A DNA stretch of 64,000 bases from Eledone cirrhosa (Eukaryota). Location of the stretch: assembly GCA_964016885.1 (NCBI GenBank), contig OZ024749.1, positions 18,786,001 to 18,850,000 of the forward strand, in the 5' to 3' direction. The notes under the pieces were generated by a model, which did no database searches, had not been told where the DNA came from, and saw nothing but the letters and a program-made list of their open reading frames with translations. Made by a program: the position numbers and the translations under genes. Of this stretch, positions 1 to 8,739 are shown in pieces; positions within the stretch are counted from its first letter, which is position 1; every line of letters begins with the position of its first letter.

Positions 1-49
1 TAGTAGAATATAATTATAGGTAAACAGAAATTAAAATTAATACATACAC

Positions 50-51
50 GC

Positions 52-134
<83 letters not shown>

Positions 135-158
135 CACATATATACATACATATACATA
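50..158. repeat. (TA)n microsatellite
   Basis: Direct reading. Confidence 0.95.
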
Positions 159-280
159 TTTTTTCAAAAATTGCAAAGAATATATTAACTAGGTATACAT
201 CCAAAACCTATCTCAGTCTATGATTACATGACACTCTGCAATCCATCTGTATTAGGATATTAATTTTAAGCCAATTAAAT

Positions 281-646
281 TAAATTTTTAGGTTAACCAA
301 ATTTAAAACCAAATTATAAATATATTTCTAAAATGTACATTCATTAGGTCTATAATATTAAAAATTATTTCTCTGTCATTGAATACACGATATTTTGTTA
401 TATTTTATCTGTAAATGAATTTTAATAAAAGGTTAAATAAATTAAAATTAATCTATAAATTAATTTACGAAGTATATATTAGTAATATTTAAAAGTTTTT
501 CACAATTTATGATTACACAATATTTTATAATCTCATCTGTAGTAGAATTTTAATTAAATTAAATTTATAGGTTAACTAACATTTAAATTAAATTATATAT
601 TAATTTCTAAAATAATGTTATTAATTAGGTTTATAATATTTAAATG
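281..646. repeat. Degenerate AT-rich tandem units in the PLE 3' region (resemble the ORF stop region)
   Basis: Motif TTATAGGTTAACTAA...ATTTCTA...TTAGGT(T/C)TATAATATT recurs at about 281-365 and 561-646, with a weaker copy at about 421-495. The 561-646 unit overlaps the ORF stop. Confidence 0.6.
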
Positions 647-1760
647 TTTTTCTTAGTTTATGATTACACGATATAATTAATTCCTGTCGTTTATTTAATA
701 GGATATCCTTAGATTTCATTATTTCAAATAGTTCTTGGGAACATAATCTACATTCATTTCTATTATTTTGATAAGGGGTGGCTCTTTTGAGCACACTCCA
801 GGTCATATCATATTCTATATTCTTATTTTTATAACTATTGATTTTTTCTGCTAGAGATGTTGTATTAGCCAGTGCGGCATTTTTAAAACTATGTTTGTGG
901 GTATTAAACCTTACCTTAAAATTGTTAGAAGTAGCTCCTATATATGAGCAAATAGAATCTTTAGTTTTAACATTACATTTATAAACTATGTTGTTAACAA
1001 GACAATTTCCTTTTAATGGGCAGTTTGCTTTGTTTCTACAGTTACAACCTTTCGTTAATTCTGTATTTGAGGAGATATTATGGTTAGTTTGATGTATTGG
1101 TGGTATACTTATGGTATTCTTACATTTATATGCATTATAGGCACTTATATTTTGTTTTATGTTATTTGTTGTTGAGTATGAGAATTTAACTGTAGACCTA
1201 TTTAAGATTTGATGGTATTTGTGGTTTGGCGGGAAGTTTTTCTCTAGGATATAAAAAAAGTTTTTAGCAATATTATCCTTAATTTGTAAATTAAATGGAG
1301 CATTATACCAAGTAACTCGTCTATTACGGTTTCTATGTTGTTTATTATTTTTATAGGTTGTATCGTGATGTTTACTAGGAGGATTAATGTTAATGATCTC
1401 ACCACGCACATTTTTAGTTAGATTTGTAGATTTAGGTGTTTTATCTTGTTTATTAGGAGTTTTATTATTAACATTTATTAGAGTTGTATGATGAGTAGTT
1501 TTTTGAGAGTTACTATACTTTATATTAGAAGAGTTGTTGGTATTTTGGGGTATAGTGTGGGTGGCATTTAGGTGTGTACTTTTCATTTGGTGTTTGTTGG
1601 TAATATTATGTTGTATGTTTATAGTATTTTTAGTAGAAGGTATATATTCTAATCTATTTTTGTGGCCACTTCTATCTAGAGCTTCGTTATAGAAGGTCGC
1701 ATTTTTATCAAATACATCTTGGTTAGAAGAAAGGTTAGAAATTCTAAGTGATATATTATG
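621..1760 (-). mobile_element. Penelope-like retroelement (Naiad-like), 5'-truncated ORF: RT thumb remnant, linker and GIY-YIG endonuclease (copy 1)
   Basis: ORF 621..1586 has WYNAPF, KFSYS, a CNCRNKANCPLKGNC Cys knuckle, IVYKC...SYIGAT..FKVRFNTH (GIY-YIG) and C-terminal CRLC..E. By hand, the frame stays open upstream to 1760 ([38 protein letters not shown]-thumb-like) and is then replaced by microsatellite, so the RT core is missing. Confidence 0.85.
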
Positions 1761-1916
1761 TGTGTATGTGTGTGTGTATATATGTATGTCTTTGTATGAG
1801 TATGTGTGTGTATGTATGTATGTATATATATGTGTGTATATATATATATATATTTATTATATGCGTGTGTGTATGTATATATATCTTTGTATATGTGTAT
1901 GTGTATATGTGTGTAT

Positions 1917-1984
<68 letters not shown>

Positions 1985-2078
1985 GTGTATGTGTATGTGT
2001 GTATATATATATATATGTGGGTGGGTATGTATGTGTATGTGTGTATATACATGAGTGTGTTTATATATATGTGTGTAG

Positions 2079-2120
<42 letters not shown>

Positions 2121-2318
2121 TGTGAATGTATATATATATATGTATGTGTGTATGTGTGTGTATATATGTGTGTATATGTGTATATGTCTATGTATGTATA
2201 TGTGTATATGTATGTGTCTCTATATGTATGCGTGTGTGTATGTGTATTTATATGGTGTGTGTATGTATATGTATGTGTATGTATGTGTTTATGTATATGT
2301 GTATGTATATGTATGTGT

Positions 2319-2372
<54 letters not shown>

Positions 2373-2436
2373 GTATGTATATCGATGTATATTTTATATT
2401 TTACTTGTTTATATATATATATATATATATATATAT
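1761..2436 (+). repeat. (TA)/(TG) mosaic microsatellite; start of the inverted PLE 3' tail (copy 1)
   Basis: Unique interruptions (gtctttgtatgag, catgagtgtgttt, gtagatatg, ttgtgaatg, gtctatg) occur as reverse complement and in mirrored order at 17041-17465. Confidence 0.8.
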
Positions 2437-3040
2437 GTTTTCTTAATATATTTCTTTTTTCTTTTTCTTTTTATTTCTAAATTTATAGATACATTTATAA
2501 ATAGGCAGTTTGCTGACACCGGTAAATACTGACCTCTTCCCCCCCCCCCCCCCCCCACCTACTTTCTGTATCTGGATCTAAATATGTGTGGCAGTGTTTA
2601 TGTGCGCGCATTAATGTCCATATGCTTATGATAATAGTATATACACATATATGTGTGTGGGGGTGTGTGTGTGTATGTTCGTGGTTGTGTGTATGTTTAT
2701 GCGTATACGCGCTTGTGTGTGTGAATGTACGTATATGTGTGAGTATATGAATGTGTATATATATTTATTTTTATATTTATATGTTTATATGCGTATACGT
2801 ATTTTATCTGTAGATTATAAACATACAGAGACATTAGCCTTGAATTTTTGTATTTACATACATCTTTTCGGCATACGTATGCATGTGAACATATATTTTT
2901 ATGCATATCTGTGAACGAAGTTACTTACATATATACACACACCTAACTGTATAAACTTTTTGTGTTTTCATTGGTCAATTTGAACTCTGTTCCCAAACAG
3001 GCGTGTAATTTTGAATTGTTGTTATTATCAATAAATATAT

Positions 3041-3194
3041 TTCATTATTTCTGAAGACGGCATATATATGTGTTGGTATGTATATTTAATTTTGATAGTT
3101 TGTATAATTTTGTATAATTTTGTACATAGATCTGTTGAATATGCATGCCAATTCTAACACATATATATCCTAGAAACGATCGTTAAATAATGAA
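3041..3194 (+). ncRNA. Type I hammerhead ribozyme with long stem II (PLE-tail associated), copy 1
   Basis: Stem I TTCATTATTT (3041-3050) pairs perfectly with AAATAATGAA (3185-3194). Core CTGAAGA at 3051-3057. Stem II GG-c-ATATATATGTGTTGG (3059-3076) pairs with CTAACACATATATATCC (3154-3170). GAAA at 3173-3176. Palindromic stem III ACGATCGT. Cleavage triplet GUU at 3182-3184. Confidence 0.8.
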
Positions 3195-3254
3195 CTTTTT
3201 TTGTTTAATATAAGGAACTGTTTCATTGTTTTATTCATTATTTTTTTAATATTT

Positions 3255-3304
<50 letters not shown>

Positions 3305-3351
3305 CGTATATATATACATATATATACATATATATATACATATATATATAC

Positions 3352-3430
<79 letters not shown>

Positions 3431-3442
3431 CATATATATACA

Positions 3443-3482
<40 letters not shown>

Positions 3483-3570
3483 CATATATATACATATATA
3501 TATATATACATATATATACATATATATATATATACATATTAATATATATACATATTAATATATATATATA
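3255..3570. repeat. (TA)n/TACA microsatellite
   Basis: Direct reading. Confidence 0.95.
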
Positions 3571-3801
3571 TCGACAGTCGATCGACTTTCGTCAAATCGG
3601 ACCGAGGAAACAATGTTTCCGTTGGTCTTTCCAATTGCTAGTACTCTCTGTCGGTCGCAACTCCAGGTAGAAGGAGCAACGTGAAATAAAGTGTCTTGCT
3701 CAAGGACATAACGCATCGCCCGGTCCGGGAATCGAACTCACAACCTCACGATTAGGAATCCAATTCTCTAACCACTCGGCCACACGCCTTCACACGCCTT
3801 C
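3571..3801 (-). mobile_element. tRNA-derived SINE with CORE-like motif (copy 1)
   Basis: Minus strand reads GAAGGCGTGTGGCCGAGTGGTTAGAG (A box), then GTGAGTTCGATTCCC (B box), then TGTCCTTGAGCAAGACACTTTATTTCAC (CORE-like). A 10-bp head duplication (CACACGCCTT x2) is present. Both flanks are (TA)n. Confidence 0.85.
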
Positions 3802-4080
<279 letters not shown>

Positions 4081-6771
4081 GACTTAATTTTCAGCAATCA
4101 CACTGACAATATCCACAATATTGCAGTGGAGAAAACTCTACTCTCTGATCATGACATGGTTCTCTGTGATCTGAGATTCCACCGTCCAATATACAAACCC
4201 AATGTCATTTCTCCTGCCCATCCGTTTGACGCTATGGATTTCCACAATGCAAACTGGGAAGCGATCAGTCATGATCTTGCACATGTCGACTGGTCCTTCA
4301 CGCACACTCATACACCCACTAACATCAAAAAGTCCTGGCAGACATTTGTGGACACTGTTACAAACATATGTGCTAAACACACCCCATTAAGAACTATAAA
4401 CAAATCTAAGAGCAGAATCCCTAGAAATAGAAAAACGCTCATCAGAAAAATTAAGAGAACGAACAAAAAAATCAACAATCTGAAATACTGTCAGCAGCAA
4501 CACATCAACTTGACTGCCATTTCATCACTAGAGATTAAAAAACATAACCTCCAAAACAACATAATGTCCCTCATCAACAATCAGAGAAGAGCTGAAGAGG
4601 CCTGGGCCATTGAGAAGATCAAACTCAATCCCAAAGTGTTCTTTTCATTTGCAAAAAAACACAAAATCACTGGCTCTACTGTTGGCCCTCTAATTGATGA
4701 AAATGGCACTCTTCAAGACAATGCTAAAACCATGGGTGAGATACTGCAGAAACAATACTGCTCTGTTTTCAGCAATCCTGATATGGCCGATCTGGGCTGT
4801 ATCGGCGATGTTACTCCCCATTACACCTTATCGGACATAACGTTTGGCGCCCCTGATGTCTTGGCGGCAATAAAGGAAATCAAGCATAATTCAGCAGTAG
4901 GTCCCGATAGGTTCCCTGCTTGTGTCTTGAAGGCGTGTCAACACCAACTTGCTTCTCCTCTTGCCAATCTGTGGCGGAACTCACTGGATGCTGGATATGT
5001 GCCAGAAAACCTTCTATCCCAGTCTGTTGTCCCAGTTTTCAAAAAGGGAAACAAATCCCTTGCCGTGAATTACCGTCCAATCTCACTCACCTCTCATATC
5101 ATTAAGGTATTTGAGCGAGTGGTGAGATCGCGAATGACCCACTTCCTTGAGAGTAACAATATGCTGAACTCCAACCAGCATGGATTCCGTAATGGAAGGG
5201 ATTGCCTGACGCAACTACTGCATCACTTTGATGACATTTTGAGAGCCTTGGGAGAGGGTTCCAACACTGATGTTATCTACCTTGATTTCAGCAAGGCCTT
5301 TGACAGGGTTGATCATAACATTCTACTGAGAAAGCTGTCCAATATTGGTGTCACTGGAAAGCTGCTGCAGTGGATCAAGAGCTTCCTGTCAAACAGAACC
5401 CAACATGTTGTAGTTGAGGGAGTCAAATCAAGCCCAGCCAAAGTCAGTAGTGGAGTCCCACAAGGCACTGTGTTGGGCCCACTTCTCTTCATCATCTATA
5501 TTAATGACATCACTGACATCATCAAACACAGCAACATTAAAATTTTCGCTGATGATTCCAAGCTCCAAAAGGTCATCAATGGCGTGGATGACCGGATAAG
5601 CCTTCAGTCAGACCTACTGGCTGTTACCCAATGGGCAGAAAAGAACAACATGTTACTGAACGAAGTTGAGGGAGTCAAATCAAGCCCAGCCAAAGTCAGT
5701 AGTGGAGTCCCACAAGGCACTGTGTTGGGCCCACTTCTCTTCATCATCTATATTAATGACATCACTGACATCATCAAACACAGCAACATTAAAATTTTCG
5801 CTGATGATTCCAAGCTCCAAAAGGTCATCAATGGCGTGGATGACCGGATAAGCCTTCAGTCAGACCTACTGGCTGTTACCCAATGGGCAGAAAAGAACAA
5901 CATGTTACTGAACGAAGACAAATTCGAACTGATCCACTTTGGAAAAGAGGATGCTCTGAAACTCCCGTACTCCCTTCCCTCCGGGGAAACTCTCGTGGCA
6001 TCTAACAACATCAGAGACTTGGGAGTAACCGTGGACAGCAACATAAGCTGGACCACGCATATAAGCAGCAAAGTTGACATGGCCCGCAGAATGTGTTCCT
6101 GGATCCTCAGAACCTTCCAGTCGAGAGATTCCCGCACCATTATCCTTCTCTTCTCTACTTTCGCCCGACCACACCTTGAATACTGTTGTCCACTGTGGTC
6201 TCCCCACACGAAACAAAGTATCATGAAACTTGAAGCTCCTCAAAGGGCAATCACGAAAAAGATAGATGGCATGTCAGACCTTGACTACTGGGGTCGATTG
6301 GAAAACCTGAAACTTTACTCACTCCAACGTCGCCGTGAGCGTTATATTATCTGCATGATGTGGAAAATGTTCCATCATCACTGCCCAAATGATGTTGGCA
6401 TCGCCTTCAAGATACACCCAAGGCTTGGGCCCCGTGCTATCCGTCCCATTCAAAAATCTAAATCGCAACTCATAACAACAATACGGCACAATTATTTCAC
6501 CTCAATCGGCCCTGCTCTCTTCAACATCACACCAGGACACGTCAAAACAGAAACTGACCACACAAAATTCAAGAAGTCTTTGGACAAATTCCTCCAAGTA
6601 ATCCCGGACAAACCACCCACACCCGGATATGTCTCCGCAAACAGTAATTCTCTTCTCGAATGGGCCATGGTGCCCAAATCCTGAATTGAAAGACTTCGCC
6701 AGGTGGTGCTATTAAGTTAGACATGGCCTGGGCCAATACTGGCCAAAACATTTCAAAGTTATTCAAAGTTA
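4081..6771 (+). mobile_element. Non-LTR retrotransposon (CR1/L2-group LINE), 5'-truncated ORF2 (APE C-terminus and RT) with 3' UTR, copy 1
   Basis: Begins at DLIFSN...SDHDMV (end of AP endonuclease). RT motifs: [54 protein letters not shown]. Stop at 6684. The short 3' UTR ends in (TTCAAAGTTA)x2 and then (TA)n. Confidence 0.92.
5413..5916 (+). repeat. Perfect in-frame 252-bp tandem duplication inside the RT domain (copy 1)
   Basis: 5413-5664 equals 5665-5916. The 84 aa VEGVKSS...GVPQG...FADD...NMLLNE appear twice in the ORF. Confidence 0.97.
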
Positions 6772-6854
6772 TATATATATATATTTACATATATATATAT
6801 ACATATATATATAAATATACATATATATATACATATATATACATATATATATAC

Positions 6855-6907
<53 letters not shown>

Positions 6908-6930
6908 CATATATATATGTATATATATAT

Positions 6931-7274
6931 GCCCAGCTGTAGCTGGCACTACCAACGCTTGATTGGGTCTACTCCACCCCCTCCCCTCTTTCTCCTACTG
7001 GCAGGTTTAGCCACCATCTCCCCTACTAATTTGCAACCACAGAATTACTACTGATTTTTGACAATCACTTTGACCATATATGGAATTACCCCTTGAGAAG
7101 ATCGGCTATTTAAATACCAGGATAAATTTTCATTTAGTCCAGAATTAGCCGTCGAAACGGCTTGAGCTCAGCTGTCGGGGTCTTACTGGTTCCTATTACC
7201 CACTCTACTACCTCAAGTATTGAGTACTTTGGTGCGTTATGGTCCACCTGGTTCCTTACCACATTTCCTTCGTT
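6931..7274 (+). mobile_element. 344-bp hammerhead-containing element (PLE pLTR or retrozyme-like) in (TA)n; present only in copy 1
   Basis: Unique island between (TA)n tracts. The homologous tract in copy 2 (25659-27049) is pure microsatellite. Contains the hammerhead fold at 7088-7181. Confidence 0.7.
7088..7181 (+). ncRNA. Type I hammerhead ribozyme, U3-A8 core variant, GUC cleavage site
   Basis: Stem I ACCCC (7088-7092) with GGGGT (7177-7181). Core TTGAGAA at 7093-7099. Stem II GA-t-CGGCTA (7100-7108) with TAGCCGTC (7146-7153). GAAA at 7154-7157. Stem III ACGGCT with AGCTGT around palindromic TGAGCTCA. GUC at 7174-7176. Confidence 0.8.
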
Positions 7275-7348
7275 ATATATATATACATATATATATATAC
7301 ATATATATACATATATATATATACATATATATATATACATATATATAC

Positions 7349-7386
<38 letters not shown>

Positions 7387-7428
7387 TTACATATATATAT
7401 ATATTTACATATATATATATATATTTAC

Positions 7429-7461
<33 letters not shown>

Positions 7462-7508
7462 CATATATATATACATATATATACATATATATATACATAT
7501 ATATATAC

Positions 7509-7547
<39 letters not shown>

Positions 7548-7560
7548 CATATATATATAC

Positions 7561-7593
<33 letters not shown>

Positions 7594-7618
7594 CATATAT
7601 ATATACATATATATATAC

Positions 7619-7663
<45 letters not shown>

Positions 7664-7664
7664 C

Positions 7665-7750
<86 letters not shown>

Positions 7751-7845
7751 ACACATATATATATATACATATATATATACACATATATACATATATATAT
7801 ATACATATATATATACACATATATATATACATATATATATACACA

Positions 7846-7913
<68 letters not shown>

Positions 7914-8048
7914 CACATATATATATACACACATATATATATATATATATACACATATATATATATACACATATATATATATACATATATATATATACAC
8001 ATATATATATATATATATACACATATATATATATACACATATATATAT

Positions 8049-8093
<45 letters not shown>

Positions 8094-8126
8094 TATATAC
8101 ATATACATATATATATATATATACAC

Positions 8127-8161
<35 letters not shown>

Positions 8162-8209
8162 CATATATATACATATACATATATATACATATATATATAT
8201 ATACACATA

Positions 8210-8275
<66 letters not shown>

Positions 8276-8300
8276 CACACACATATATATATATACACAC

Positions 8301-8396
<96 letters not shown>
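7275..8396. repeat. Long (TA)n/TACA microsatellite
   Basis: Direct reading, about 1.1 kb. Confidence 0.95.
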
Positions 8397-8398
<2 letters not shown>

Positions 8399-8739
8399 TT
8401 TATGCTTAATTAAAAGCATTTTGAAGACCGTAAGCTATTGTTTTAAAGTAGTGACAAATTCACTCACTTTGATCTCAGCAAACAGGGGAGATAAGCCGAC
8501 AAGACTTGTTTCGCTTTGTTTGAAGCTTATCAAGGCCAACTACCTACCTGTCTGCTAAGATCATTGATGTTATATTCTTATAGAAATCTAGTAAATAATC
8601 AGGAGCTGATTATGCAGTGCGGTTGTTGGTCAGGCAGAAGTAAAAAATTAGAATTGGAGCTCTGAAATAGCAACATATATATGGATGTATATATAATGTA
8701 TTTTGCAATAGACTTTATGCTTAATTAAAAGCATTTTGA
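8397..8739 (-). mobile_element. 315-bp monomer plus 28-bp terminal redundancy with internal hammerhead: non-LTR retrozyme-like element (copy 1)
   Basis: ACTTTATGCTTAATTAAAAGCATTTTGA occurs at 8397-8424 and 8712-8739 (period 315). Minus-strand hammerhead at 8494-8537. No meaningful ORF. Confidence 0.72.
8494..8537 (-). ncRNA. Minimal type I hammerhead ribozyme, U3-A8 core variant, GUC cleavage site
   Basis: Minus strand: GGCC TTGATAA GCTT-caaaca-AAGC GAAA CAAG-t-CTTGT C GGCT. This gives stem I (GGCC/GGCT), the core, a 4-bp stem II, GAAA, stem III with a 1-nt loop, and GUC. Confidence 0.82.

Noticed and set aside
621-1760. Selenocysteine/SECIS-type Naiad PLE
   Set aside because: The retained ORF has no in-frame TGA, the Cys motifs are ordinary Cys, and I could not identify a SECIS by eye.
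2539-2556. Poly-C tract (18 C versus 12 C in copy 2) as a regulatory G-quadruplex
   Set aside because: A homopolymer of variable length with no supporting context. Slippage or sequencing error is sufficient to explain it.
1748-3542. Many ORFs of YI/CV/HT dipeptides (also 7134-8558, 17121-18428, 20533-22984, 25610-27211)
   Set aside because: Translations of (TA)n/(TG)n microsatellites, which lack stop codons. No coding evidence.
3720-3795. Functional tRNA gene
   Set aside because: A and B boxes are present, but the head runs into a SINE CORE-like motif and lacks a clean acceptor stem and terminator.
4138-6766. Short overlapping and antisense ORFs within the LINE
   Set aside because: Shadow ORFs of the RT coding sequence with no recognisable motifs.
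8397-8739. CRISPR repeat-spacer, or a simple target-site duplication
   Set aside because: Only two repeats 315 bp apart in eukaryotic DNA with no cas genes. A TSD is disfavoured, though not excluded, because the outer flanks are two unrelated simple repeats rather than a contiguous unique target.
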